Assembly (NCBI RefSeq): GCF_001194135.2
Contig: NC_068988.1
Coordinates: 34,704,633 to 34,768,632 of the forward strand
DNA: 64,000 nucleotides
Direction of reading: 5' to 3'
From: Octopus bimaculoides
Taxonomy: Eukaryota
The notes under the pieces were generated by a model. That model did not search any database, was not told the origin of the DNA, and worked only from the letters and a program-made list of their open reading frames with translations. Shown piece by piece: positions 37,730 through 51,175 of this stretch (within the stretch, counting starts at the first letter, position 1; each line of letters starts with the position of its first letter). Position numbers and translations under genes: made by a program.

Positions 37730-38790
37730 CTGCAAGCATGGCTGCATAGGTAAGAAGTGCTGCGCCTTGGACAAGTATTTTTATTACAGCCCTGGATCAA
37801 TCAATGCTTTGTGAATAATTTTAGAAGACGGAAATCTGAAGAAAGAAATTATACAAAGCCTGTTGTGCATGTATAAAACCTGTTATATGTATGTATGTGT
37901 GTCTGTCTCTGTATATGTATGTGGGTGTTCATGCATAAGGCTTTGTTTACATTTTTCACATCTCCAAAAATCACTGACCTACATATATGTTGTGTTGATG
38001 TCATAGCCCAAGTCAATAAATCATTCACTAGCTCAGTGCTTTTGAAGATATGTTAAATTAGAGACCCCTTGTGTGAGAAAGCACGTGAGGGTTAGTGATA
38101 GGAAGGACATCCAGCTATGAAACATTATCTCATAATATATTCATATAACCCATGCTAGCATATAAGAAATAAGTGTAAATGAAATATATGTTGGTGGATT
38201 AGCAGAACCAGTAGAATGTGATCCAAAATAACTCATTGATTTAGTTACATCCTTTTACATTGAGTTCCAATCCTGCTGCTCAGTCTCACTATGTGAGGTT
38301 AATATGTACCAGTCAGCTGCTACAGAGATCAGATAATCTACTAAAACATCTTAAGGTGATGTCCCACTTTAGCCACAATCCAGTGGCTAAAATAAATTAG
38401 TGAATTAAAGTATACATGTGGCATATAGACACAGGTGTGACTGTGTGTTAAGAAGTTTGCTTCCTAACCATATGGTTTTGGGCTCAGTCCCATTGTGTGT
38501 CACCTTGGGCATATATCTTCTACTCTTGCCCCAGGCTGACAAAAGCTTTGTGGATGGAATCTGAAAATAAGTCTGGCATCATAGCTGTGAGTGAGTGTCC
38601 CTAACATTAAAGTGGTATCCTCCATTTCTAATTTTCTGTTGTAACATAAACAACATAATTAGCCATGGATAAATATTACCTTACCTGGCCACAGGTGGTA
38701 GTTAGTGATAAGATGGGGACCACAACTGATTTCATCTGACCCATGTTAGAACGGAAAAGTTGACTTTAAAACAATGGTGATGCATATAAA
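37730..38790 (+). mobile_element. Two degenerate SINE family A2 copies (about 37730-38180 and 38425-38790)
   Basis: A-type heads (GCATGGCTGCATAGGTAAGAAG; GACTGTGTGTTAAGAAGTTTGCTTCCTAACC) with RTE-type tails (ACCCATGCTAGCAT; GACCCATGTTAGAACGGAAAAG). Confidence 0.7.
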
Positions 38791-39174
38791 TTCCTGTTGA
38801 TTCAATGAGCAGTGATAAATTACAAAATTCAGTTTGTGAATGTAACATGTTCTTTAATATATTTTAACTGAAAGGTTTGTAATTCCAACACTCCAACTCC
38901 ATATTTCCAATCATTCAGATAGTAGTCTGAATTTGTTTTTCCCTTGAAATATCTGTCGTATCAATATATTTTGAAATATCATATGAAAGTTATGAAGAAA
39001 ATGCCTATCTTTACATTTCTTTAAAAAAAAAAAAAAAAAAAAAAACCTTGCAAGTGACATTTGCAAAAATGTCTGTTTGAAGCTCACATTTTTCATTTAA
39101 TTTCTGACTTGTGGGAATACTCCAAGCTTCTCAAACTTCATACAAGTTCTCTCTCTCTCTCTCTCTCTCTCCCT

Positions 39175-39250
<76 letters not shown>

Positions 39251-40065
39251 TGTTTGATGTGTGTGTATATATATAGACACACGCATGCACATATGTATAT
39301 GTGTGTGGATGGGTATATATATATATATATATGTCTACATACACATATGTATATGTGTGTGTTCATTTATAAATGTATAAGTATTTGTATATATAGTGGA
39401 AGAACTGGTTAAGTTGCCAATGACATGACAGTGCAACAGATCGTGTGAGATGACATGTTACCAGGCTGTCAGTGTTAAGGGTTGCTAGAAACCCAACAGG
39501 ATTAAAACAATGCATATCAAATGGACAGAGGAGTTAAACATATGGTCAGTTGATGTAAAACCCATGGATTGTCAGTCCAGTTGTTCTATCTGAAAAAGCG
39601 TGTGCATTTCTATACACTATTCACTCTCTATAATCAATTTTATTCACAGGAATGTTTTGGAAAACACACAATGGATCTTTCACACAGTCCGGTAGTGATG
39701 GGGAGTAGAGGAAGTATGTAATTTCAAAACCTGCATGTAGGTAGCTAGGAAATCTGGGGATCTTATCTTTGAAACTATGGTAATGGCAAGATTTGGCAGC
39801 ACTTCAAGTACTTGAGCCATCTTTTTCAGAGATAATAGTTCTTACCTGTTAATCAGGAAAGACCTCATACAGGTGCTCTAAACAAAGCTTCCCATATTTT
39901 GGAACTGGCCATCTATCCCACAGCTAGCAATTGTGTTCTCTTTGTGGGCTTCCATGATAGCATCTGAGAAATTTACAATTTTCCAAGAAGTGGATATATA
40001 GGGACTTCAGTTGACTTTCACTATATATGTATTGACATGTATATGTATATATGTGNNNNNNNNNN

Positions 40066-40109
<44 letters not shown>

Positions 40110-41254
40110 CGTATTTATATAAATGTAAGTATATGCATATGCGGGTATGTGTGTGCCTGTATATATGTATATGTATGCTTATATTACACAGATGTATGTA
40201 TATGTATGTGTGTATGTATCTATATATACAATATAGACATATGTTTTGATGTGTGTGTGTAATGTTGTCTGTATGTATATATGAATGTACAATATATATG
40301 TGCATGTATATATACACTTATACTTACATACAAATGTATATATGCTCATATATATATATATTTATATATATACACATGTATTTATAATTGTATATATATA
40401 TATGTATGTACAAAAATCTGTTTCTTCTTTAATAACAGGAATAGGAAAACATTATTCATAGCTGGATCTTGCATAACCTGCCATCAGGCATGACAAATGT
40501 GATAATGTTTATATGTATGGGTTGTCTGCGTGTGTGTGTATACACATGTATATGCATGTTGTTGCATTGCTGTGTATCGGAATGTGAATGCGTTTGCATC
40601 AGTTCACAGTTTCTCTGTCCATCTCTCTTTCTCTCTCTCTCTCTCATGCATGCATGTGTCAGGAACTGATGCTGTGTCAAAATAAGATGCAGCATGACAT
40701 CTGTCAAATGAAAGGAAAGTATTATCTCACTTTGATGTCCGATTTAACTTTCTTCTTTGCCACCACTGAGCTGTCAGCTGCATACCCCCCCTCTCTCTCT
40801 CTCTCTCTCTCCCTCCATCTCTTCCTTCACCAATCCACTTCACCTTGTTAGTGCACTAATACTACCTTTCTCTCTCTTTCACTTTTTTTTCTTTTTCTAG
40901 CACACTTATATTCTTTCTGTTTCTTCAGAAATTGATGCTTTGTCTTCTTATTCTTCTTTTTCTTTTATCTTCTTCCTCCTGTTTTTCTTTATTTCTCTCT
41001 TTCTCCCATCTCTCACTCCTGTTTCCCTCCCCCTCTCTAATTGTATGTCTGTGTGTGTGTCACTCTTTCTCTGCATGACCCTTTAAAATTTTCCTCCTTC
41101 TTTCATTTTCTTCCTTTTCTACTCCTTCACTTTTCCCTCTCCTATCCACTTCCTCTATGTTTCAGTCTCCCATTCTCTAACCTTCACTCTCTCTATCTCA
41201 ACTTCTCTCTCTCTCTCAATCTCTAGCCTTCACTGTGTCTTTCTTTATATACAT

Positions 41255-41470
41255 CTACATCTCCCTCTCTCTCTACATCTCCCTCTCTCTCTACATCTCC
41301 CTCTCTCTCTACATCTCCCTCTCTCTCTACATCTCCCTCTCTCTCTACATCTCCCTCTCTCTCTACATCTCCCTCTCTCTCTACATCTCCCTCTCTCTCT
41401 ACATCTCCCTCTCTCTCTATATCTCCCTCTCTCTCTACATCTCCCTCTCTCTCTACATCTCCCTCTCTCT
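41255..41470. repeat. 18-bp minisatellite (CTACATCTCCCTCTCTCT) x12
   Basis: Direct reading; one unit has a CTATATCT variant. It produces the SLSLYI and CRERGR pseudo-ORFs. Confidence 0.95.
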
Positions 41471-42027
41471 CTCAACCTCTTTTTATCTCTTCTCTGCTCT
41501 CAGCATCTCCCACTTTCCTTTTGGTTTAGCTCTCTCAACATCTCAGTCTCTCTAATTCTCACTCACTTTTCTGTTGTTCTCACTTCTCTTTCATGTATTG
41601 TTCTTTTGGTAGTTGTTGTAAATAATGTGATTGCCTCTCCATCTGCTGTTGGTGCAGTGTTGATAGACAGATGAGGATGTTGGTGTTGGTGTTGGTGATG
41701 GTGGCAGTGATGGCGTCTTGCTGTTACAGTAATAGTTATAATAGTTGCTGTTGTGAGTGATAAATATGTCTTTGGTACTGGTTCTCTTGGTATGGCATGG
41801 TGTTGGCGGCAGTAATGGTGTTGAATGACTATTGATACTCTTTTTATTGTTGATGCTGTTGTTGCTCTTTGTTGATGTTGTTGTTGTTGTTGTTGTTCAT
41901 TGTTGTTCATATTACCTCATTCAAGGATTGACCTTTATCGCTTTCAAGAGATGTCTTCAGAACTTCTTTGCCAGTTGCATGAGAGCATGTCTATGTCTGT
42001 GTGTGTGTGTGTGTGTTTGTGTTTGTA

Positions 42028-42097
<70 letters not shown>

Positions 42098-43875
42098 TGT
42101 GTGTGCGCTCGTTGGGTGGTGGTGGTGGTTGTGGCAATGGAAGGAAAAGGTGGAAGAGGAGAATTTATTAAGGGTGGAAATTTGCTTTCATTGGTGGCAT
42201 GAAATTGTAAGTTGTGATTTATGGATATCTTCATATAATGAAAAGTTAGAGTGGGAGGAGACTTTTTCTAGGTGGTGGTGGTATTCTAAACGATGTGTGT
42301 GAGGAGATTGGTGATGGTAGTAGTGGAGCACATTATAAGGAATGGTGGTATTTAAAAGATGAATGGGCAGTATGAAATGTATATTCCAAGGTGTGGGTGA
42401 GGCATGATATAGGGCCATTTAGAGATGGGGAAGATGAAGCTAGGAGATTGTTGTTGTCTTATATCTTATTGAACCATTTGAATAGCTTAAATAATTTGTT
42501 TTACCTATGCACCCCCCCCCCCCNNNNNNNNNNNNCCCTACACATAAGATGTAGAGAGAAGGAGAGAAAAGGAGAGAGAAAGAAAAACTGGTTAATTGAA
42601 GGCATTAGAGATAGACATAATTTTTGAAAGAGAAGGAATAAGGCACAAATCAGGACTTTGAAATTATTGTTATCATTATTCATGATATTGATAATAATGT
42701 AGCTGAGTTATTGCTAATTGTAGATGGTGTTGATACTATCATTGATGGTATTTCCATTAACATTGATGTCTATGATGTTGATGGCATTCTTCAATAACAA
42801 TGCTGCAGTGTCGATGTTAGTGAGAATTGTTGACTTCGATATTAGCATTGTTTTTTTGTTTTTTTTTCTGACATTATTGACATTGTGGTTGACATCATTA
42901 TCTATGTTGTTGATAACACTGTTAATTCTGTCATTGATGTTGCTGTTATCCATTGATATTTACATCATTGTTCTTGATATCATGATATCAGTAATATTGC
43001 TGTTTAGGCCCTAGTGGATCTTGATTAAAGGTATTCCAACGTGGACTACTTCTAGAAGGAGCTTTTTGTCTTCTAATACCAAAGATCATTTCTGTTATTA
43101 AACTTTGTTGGTAATCAAAAGCAGAATTTAAGGTTAATGTTGCTACTGTCTCTACAACAGTTGCAGTTGTTGCTACTGCTGCATCCCAAATGAGCAGGCA
43201 GTAGCACTTTTAACTATAGTTTTCTCACCATCTTTTAAGACATATGCTGTTGGATTGGATAACAATATGTGAAAGACAACAAGGTGATTTTTGTGGAGAT
43301 GAGATACATCAAGCTGAACAAAATCAAGGAACAAAATAAATTGCTCCTGGATTTGTTGTTTAGATCCATCCCAGATGAGTCTTCTTCAAGCAGACCTGTG
43401 GATGAAAGGCATTTTAGCCAGGGCCATCCTGTCTCTTTAGAGGCGTCTAGTAATATAATATATGTAGTCTTTCCTTTTACAATAAAGTAGAATTTGATTT
43501 GAGAAAGATTTGGTTGCTATTTCAGATATCCACACAGAAGCTTCCCTAGTGGCTTTATTTTCTAATGTTTGTGTTTAATGATGGTAGAGGAAAAGCAAAG
43601 TAAGATTGTTAATTTAGATTCCACTGTTACAAAAGATAGTATGGACAAGTATGTATGTGTTTCTTTATACTGATATACATATGTATGCATTTGTGTATTT
43701 ATACACACTATACTGCACACAACATGCTTATTTAAATTCTTCAGAAAGGTAAACTGCTATAGATACGTGTTTTTGGAAGGAATGGTGTTGATATTTACTC
43801 AAATAAACACACCCTATATATGTAGTGTGTATTTATGCATGTTTGTAGGGGCATGTGTATATGTATGTATATATG

Positions 43876-43936
<61 letters not shown>

Positions 43937-44082
43937 TTGTAGTAGTTTTCCTGCTGAATTCTTTTAAGTTTTTAGTGCCAGCAAAGAATGTATGTAAGGG
44001 GCTATTTCCTGTTTATGATTTTTATCAAAATATTTCTCATCTGTCTGTAGATATATATAAAGACAAATATGCATGCGTTCAT

Positions 44083-44129
<47 letters not shown>

Positions 44130-45580
44130 CACACACACACACGTACACATATACCTGTCTAGAGGCTGAGATTCATATCTATGGATTCATGTGTATACAC
44201 ACACACATACACACACTATCTCTCTCTCTCTCTCTCTCTTGAATGTTGGCTCTATCTCCACCAATCATCCTTTTCATTTATGCTATCATTCCTTTGCTAA
44301 ATATTTTGTTAGTTGGAAGAAACAGGTAGACATATTGACACATTTTTAGGCATTTTCATTGATGTGTATGTGTGTGAATGTGTGTCCCTGTATTAAAATA
44401 AGAGGGGAAAATACTTTAGTAGATAATATAGAGTTAATAGTAATAATTAAAACCTGATATTTTGCATTGTTGTTTCTCCATACTGAGCCATAAGCTCATA
44501 AAGCCAGCTTCTCAAATTTTATGACATATATAGGATTAGATATTTTTGTCAGCTGAGTGGGTTGGAACAACATGAAATGAAGTGTTTTGCTCAAGAACAC
44601 AATACATCACCTGGTTTAGAAATTGAAACTACAATTATGAGTATTACACCCGAACCACTAAGTCACTACATATAAAGACAAACTAACCATGTGTTTGAGT
44701 TTTTTTTTTCCTAGCATTGCAAGTGTGTGTTGCATTATTTTGTTATATTTTGGTCATGAGATACACATATACACATGTGATGGCTTTACTAAATTCTTTG
44801 TCTTACCAAGTTTACTGGCCCTTGACTGCAGTAGAAATCACTGTTGTTGCACAGTGGACTTGAACCCAAAGCCACATGGTTGTGAAAAGTTGTGTGTCTG
44901 AAAAAGAGAGTGATGGTAGTTTCATTCTGGTGTGAATTGCTGTTAAATGAAAAGAGTACCTAGTATTGTTAGGCAGAATGACTTCAGCACACATAGCTTA
45001 TCACTCAATTATTCATAAATCATAGGATGAAAATTTTGCCTGGATAGAACATTTGCTGCAACACTGTTCTGTGTTTGAAATACTTTGAGAGTTCAGTTTA
45101 ACTTTTAGTTCTATCTTGGCAAATATTTCAATTGAATAAGTACCTGAAATGTAATAAGACGAATTTGAAACACTATGTGTGTGTGTGTGAGAGACAGAGA
45201 GACAGAGAGACACAGAGAGAGACTTATGAACAGAAACTTAGTGTTTCATTCTTGTCAGATATGTGGTCTTGTTCAAACATTGAAAACCAATATAATTTGA
45301 AATTATGATACCTATATCATCCCTATACATAAAAACTTTATAACTGTTTTGTTGGAAGACATGGTTGAGGAAATTCAACGAAGGATAACTTCCACTACAG
45401 AAATATATGTTTATTTGCATTGTATATAAGTGTGTGTGTGTGTATGTACACTCAATAAGTTCATGTACATATAATTATGAACACTGTATCATATGTACAC
45501 TTGTCCAGACAAGCGTAACAGTACAAAGGTTTTAGGTACAGATTTATTTTAATCAATGTTCACAAAGGAATAATTTTTAA

Positions 45581-45774
45581 CCCTTTTTGTTTTAACCATA
45601 ATTCTGTTGAAATACACTGTCTTTATTTCAATTTTGTTTTGAAAATAATGTAGAATTTAGTAAAAGAAAATTTTGTCATTATTAAGATGGTGTTTCAGAC
45701 ATACCTTAACATGAAATCTTGATGGAAGGGTTTAAAACCATGGTCACTCTCAGCTGGTTTGGTATCAAAAAATG
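45581..45774 (+). mobile_element. TTAA-flanked MITE family F
   Basis: TTAA|CCCTTTTTG...GAATTTAGTAAAA...TTAACATGAAATCTTGATGGAAG...GGTATCAAAA. Confidence 0.65.
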
Positions 45775-46994
45775 TTGGAGTAAAGCATGAATTATTGACT
45801 GTTTCTCTCTTCACTTGGCATTGATGATGCTGAACCTCAGGTTAACTCTGATGAATAATGTTCATGGTTATACATTCCAACCCTAACTGCCTGCCCCTTA
45901 GTATATTAGGAACTACTTTCATTCAGTGTGTTCTTTACTTTGGACTACAGGATGTTTAATTTGAGGGTGATTTGTCTAATATTATCTATTTCTAGTTTGC
46001 TAACAACTGTGTAGATGTTCCCACATTGGGTTTTTAGTCGACCAGTTGTTTTCCTTCATGTACTGTTCTCCATTGTCATTTGGTCAAAGAGCCATAGTAA
46101 TCTTGTGTTACATAGTGCACTGTCACAGATATAACGTTTAGTTTTTGCATGTGGATATGTACTAAAATTTCCAAGCCACAGAAAGATCCCTTAATCTTTG
46201 AGACCAAGTTAAGCACTAGGCATTTAGTTTTGCTTTTGTGGTATAAAACAGTTAAGTAATGAATTTTATTTCTATGATGGGATGCCAGACTTTTGTAGTT
46301 GATATTTGTAAACAATCTTATGATGGCTGTATAGCACCTGTTCCCAACATCTGTGTGCACTTAGATGCCTTAACCCAAGTCTACTGCAAGTATTTGCTCC
46401 AAGTCTCCATCTGAGGATCTGAAGGTTATTGTTCCAATCTAGTTTTGGAGACCTCACACAAGAAGGGTATTGGTACCAATTTGCTGCATATAAGTAACCA
46501 TACTACACATGTATAGCATGACCATATTCATATGCACACATACATGCATGCATAAACATAAAATCATACATACTCTTGTACATGAATATAGATATGTGTG
46601 AACACAAACACCAATGCTCGAGTACATGAAAAGTGTTGCTTTGAGATCTCACTGTGCTTAAGATTTATGTATCAAGGTGGTGAGGTGATTGTAGATATAA
46701 CCAGAATGAAACACAAATATCTATTAAACTGATTGTAAATAACCAGTTCTGGGAATTATAAGAATTAAACTGCTTCTCTGATAAATAAAAGTAGCATGAT
46801 GCATTCTTTATAGTCTCAACAGCTTATCTATCTATCTGTTTGTTTGTTTATCCTTTTAGTTATATTATCATCATTTTAGCATTCACTTGTCCATGTTTGC
46901 ATAGCTTAAACAGAAATTGTTGAGGCAGAAGTTTTTTTTATGGGCAAAACCCATTCACCACAGCAGAATTGATACCAGTACTAGTGCCACATTA

Positions 46995-47170
46995 AAAGCA
47001 TCCAGCACTCTCTATGGAGTGATAGGCTTTAGGAAAGGTATCAAGCTGTAGAAACCATGCCAGAACAGCCAATGGAGCCCAGTGCAACCCCTGGCCTTAC
47101 CAGCTCCAGTCAAACTGTCTAGCCCCATACCAGCATGGAAAACAGATGTTAAACTGATGATGATGATGAT
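46995..47170 (+). mobile_element. RTE-type 3' tail fragment
   Basis: CAAGCTGTAGAAACCATGCC...CCAGCATGGAAAACAGATGTTAAACTGATGATGATGATG. Confidence 0.8.
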
Positions 47171-47339
47171 GCCCTTCCTGTTACCAGCCTTGTCTTCTTT
47201 CCAATATGAGGTAATATTTCACTCTGATTTTACCATGAGCAGACATGTTTCCATGGAAGATTAAAAGAATGACACCACTTGCATGACATTCAATGTTAAG
47301 ATGAGGAGGCATACACAGACACAAAATTATATATATATA

Positions 47340-47400
47340 CTAGCAGAGGTACCAAGCCTTGCTTGGGATTAAAATCGCATAGTTATTTTATTGTTTTACT
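47340..47400 (-). mobile_element. Helitron-type 3' terminus
   Basis: Minus strand CCAAGC-AAG-GCTTGG hairpin (47352-47366), 8 nt spacer, then CTAG followed by T in an (AT)n flank. This fits the hairpin plus CTRR rule. Confidence 0.65.
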
Positions 47401-47513
47401 GGTTTCATGCAGCCATAAAATAAAAGAATGAATTATGAAAAAAATGATATAATGAGGCGGAATGGTCACTTGGCCCCCGACGTCGAGTGGTTACATTGAT
47501 ACTGTTTTGTCGT

Positions 47514-48325
47514 TCAATGCCTTAAATCTAGCAGTTCAATTCCATAGTCCTCTTTCAGTTTTGTATAATTAGTCCTTTTCGGCAACTTGTCTCTATAGCC
47601 GATGACTTTCCACCAATCAATGCCTTTATCATTCTTTTTTACTATTCCCCATTGTTCTTTGTTTACCAAATAACACATCATAGTCTCACCATCATCATCA
47701 TCCACGAATTCTACTTCCGCCATGTCCTTCCACTCGTTCAATCGTTTTACTATGTCATCCCCCGCGTTCTCATACAGAACGCAAGCAAAACAAACAGGGG
47801 GAGGGGAAATCTTATTTTTATCGTGTGTGTTTGTATTTTTTTCCAGTTTTCTTGTTGGAGGGGATTGGGTAGGTTTGGTGTCTGTATGGGGAGGGTGAGG
47901 TGAAAAGGGAGCGGATGGGCCTTGGGTGGGTTGGGGTTCACAATTACTTACTTTCTTTCTTTTTCTTTTTTTCCTCCTCACGGCTCTTTCCCATTCCTTA
48001 TCTTCTGCAGTTTCTTTTTCCACTTCTTGTCTCCTCTCTTGTGGTGGTGGCTGTCGCTCCTCTACTATTTTGGGTGGTGTAGGGCAGTTCGCTCTTATGT
48101 GTCCCTTCAGGCCACATTTGAAGTAACATGGAACTCTTCCTTCCACCCTAACAGTCATAGTTATTTCGTCCATGGTTATAGACTCTGTAATCTATTCTAC
48201 TGTTTCTTTTGACCCTTGGACTATCATCTCCAGTTGCTGACCTCTCCAGTTAACGCAGTCTTTTTTCTTGGCCTGGAGCACTACTATGTTGTCCTCATTA
48301 CCACAGAGGACTGCATCTGCTACCC
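47514..48325 (-). pseudogene. gag/LINE-ORF1-like zinc-knuckle protein remnant (219-aa open part at 47514-48173)
   Basis: VRVEGRVPCYFKCGLKGHIRANCP (CCHC knuckle, C-X3-C variant), followed by Pro-rich, acidic and basic (RRKKRKRKK) tracts. Protein-like sequence continues upstream (WVADAVLCG...NWRGQQLEMIVQG) across a stop and frameshift. Confidence 0.7.
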
Positions 48326-49254
48326 AGGACATGAACATGCACACACACACACACACTCACACGCACATACACACTCATACGTACATACACATGCACAGAC
48401 AAATGCATGCACACTCATAAACACACATACACTCACAAACATACACACACACTATATTTATATGTTTATATGGGCAGTGTGTGTCCATATAACTCATCTA
48501 ATCTATTAAATCCAGACTGTTACTTCTCCATGGTATCTGACTGGATACCAGTGAAGCTGTGTAGACACAAAGTGGAAATACAAGTATTGGCTAAGTTTGT
48601 CAAATAGCATGTGGCATCACCATTATCATCATCATCATCTTAGGGTTTGGTTAATCCTTGACTCTTGACAGTTTCTTTGAAAATGGTGGAAGAGATTTAT
48701 GCTACTGAACTCTATAACAGCAAAATAATCAAAAAGCAAACGAAACAACAAAGCCCACATGTGAACATACATACACACCATACACACACATACAATAGAC
48801 ATACACCAGTCCTATTGGGGTTACTTTAAAATTATCAACTATGATGATGATAATGATGATGAAGAAGATATCAGTGTTATTTCTGTTTGAGGTGGTTTGT
48901 TTGCACAAGGGTCTCCTTTCTAGATTCTCAACAATCTCACCTCACCAGACTCGTTTTATTGTGTCAACATTGACAACTATAGACCTGCAAAACAAAAATT
49001 AGAAAAGCACTTGCTTACTAATGCTGGAGTGTGGCTTACACATGTTCTCACTTCTGTTGCTTTTCTCTCTCTCTCTCTCTCTCTCTCCCTCTTTGTATTT
49101 CACTTCACATTCTTCTTCCCTTTCTTTTCTCCCTTTCTTTCTGCTTTTTTCTCTAGTGTCTGCTTTCTTTGTCATTCTTCATCTCTGTTTATCTTTTCCT
49201 TTCTCTCTCTTTTTCTATCCTTCCATCTCCCCCTCTCTCTCTACACACACACAC

Positions 49255-49596
49255 AGAATTCCAGGTTCAGTCTTACTGCGTTGCATTTTAAGCAAGTGAT
49301 CTTCTATAGTCTTGGGCCAACCCAAAGCCTTATGAGTAGATTTGGTTGACAAACACTGAAAGAAGCTTGTCATACATTCATCTGTGTGTTTGTGTGTGTC
49401 TTTTGTCCACCACTTGACAACTGGTATTGGTTTGTTTATGACCCTGTAACTTAGTGTTTCAACCAAAGACACCAATAAAATAAATATTCTACTTTAAAAT
49501 AAAGTACTGGGGTCAATTTGTTGAACTAAAACACTCCAAGGCAGTGCTGCAGCATGGTTCCAGTCAAGTAACTAAAAGAAGTAAAAGATAAAAGAT
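49255..49596 (+). mobile_element. SINE family A1, 5' end lost in a microsatellite
   Basis: CCAGGTTCAGTCTTACTGCG...CACTCCAAGGCAGTGCTGCAGCATGG...GTAAAAGATAAAAGATA. Confidence 0.85.
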
Positions 49597-49959
49597 ATGT
49601 ATTTATGTAGGGGAAAAAAAAAACATTTTTGGTAGTGTACTTTATTTTATTTCATTTCCTTAGAAAATTTGAAGACATGCTATACATCTCAGTAAATAAA
49701 CTAAGAAACAGCTCCTCCATTTCTTCCGAATAACCTTATTATCATTACCTGTATATATTTATTTAACATCCATAAAAGAAGATAAATCTGTGAGAGGAGA
49801 TGATTCTGACATTTTAGGCAGGATGTTTCTTTGAAAATACCATATCATGACATCACCGACTTCTAAATTTTTGTTCACATTTTCTTTTACATTTTTCAAC
49901 TTTGCTGCTACAGAGCACCATTAGTTTACTTTGTGAGAGATCTGCTGAATAGTGGTGAA

Positions 49960-50150
49960 TTGGCAGAAGCAGTTTGTACAACACAAAATGCCCTGTAGTA
50001 TTTGTGGCTTTTAGGCTCCAAGTTCAAATCTTGCTACAGATAACTTTACCTTTTATCCCTTTGCACCCAATAAAATAAAGTACCAGTCAAGTCCTGGGAT
50101 TGATATAATCACTTAACCACTTTATTCCAAATTGTACCGTAAATTAGAAA
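49960..50150 (+). mobile_element. SINE family B
   Basis: GAATTGGCAGAAGC...AGTTCAAATCTTGC...GATAAAA-like AATAAAATAAAGTACCAGTC...AAATTAGAAACAATTATATT. Confidence 0.7.
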
Positions 50151-50594
50151 CAATTATATTATATTGGTATCATAAGAATGTATAGACTTTAAGAGAGTAT
50201 GAAATAATACTTTTTTATCCATAGACAACCCTTGAACATTCTATCCAAAGGGTTTTTCAACCCAATTTTTACACTCTGTTATTTACAACTTTATCTGGTT
50301 TGAGTTTCACTGTTCTAAAATAGAATTATTTCATGTTCCCTCAAATTTTAGAAATTAGTATTACACCAACAACATATAAATCTTGCCGGTTAGAACAAAG
50401 TTTCTGAAATGGATAGAGAAATTTAAAGAATTGCTTTGGTCCAATTGTAGAATATCTGTCATATTTATAGAAGCTATGGATTCAAGCTTCATGAGCAGCC
50501 TTTGACTTTTTCAATCCGGAGAGCTTTTTTAACTCAGTAACATGCTATTATTCATAGCTTTATCTGCTTTGAGTTTCATTGTTCCAAAATGAAT

Positions 50595-51175
50595 TATTAT
50601 TAAGTTTTGGCAGAAGGCTGGCAATTTCAAGGGGAGGAGTTTAGTCACCCAGTAAAGTCTGGATGAAAGGTAAAGTTGACCTTCAAGAGATTTGAACTAA
50701 AGCCATCAAGTGTAAGAAAAAGTTGCTACTAAGGAGTTTGTCTGGCAGAATAGTTCTGCCAGCTTGCTGCCTTAAATAGAATATTCTTTTTAATACAGCT
50801 ACAAGGCCTGAAATTTTGGGGAAGAGAGCTAATCAATAGCATTGATCTAACTACTCATCTGCTACTTATTTTATTTGTTGATCTTGAAAACGTGAATGGC
50901 AAACTCAACTTCAGCAGGATTTGAACTCACACTTAAAATCAAAAGCATTTTGTCCCATATGTTAACAATTCCACTAGATTGCATGTGTTGATGATGATGA
51001 TTCTTTCTATTATAGGCCGAAGACCTGAAGTTTGGGGAAAGGGGTTCATTACATCAACCAAAGTACTTTGATAAAAAGCAAAGTTAACCTCTGCAAAATA
51101 TGAACTCAGATAACGAGTAGGAAAAAATACCACTGATCATTTTGTGTGATGAGCTAACAATTCTGCTGGTTCTAT
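50595..51175 (-). mobile_element. Three consecutive SINE family B copies
   Basis: Repeating (AAGG/AGAC)CCTGAA(A/G)TTT...AAAG(T/C)TGAC/AACCT...TTTGAACT units at about 50595, 50780 and 51000. Confidence 0.75.

Noticed and set aside
39841-39964. Minus-strand 118-nt exon-like segment (TTTCTCAG|ATGCT...TTAACAG|GTAAGA)
   Set aside because: Stops in all three frames and no recognisable homology. Its CAG|GTAAGA has only a mediocre tract, so it was not kept as a ratchet point.
41245-41475. (CRERGR)n ORF resembling a protamine-like or repeat protein; short regular repeats elsewhere as possible CRISPR-like arrays
   Set aside because: It is a pure minisatellite with no spacers, no gene context and no cas genes, in eukaryotic DNA.
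47917-47936. Canonical G-quadruplex motif GGGCCTTGGGTGGGTTGGGG
   Set aside because: Explained by Pro codons of the minus-strand ORF; nothing indicates an independent role.
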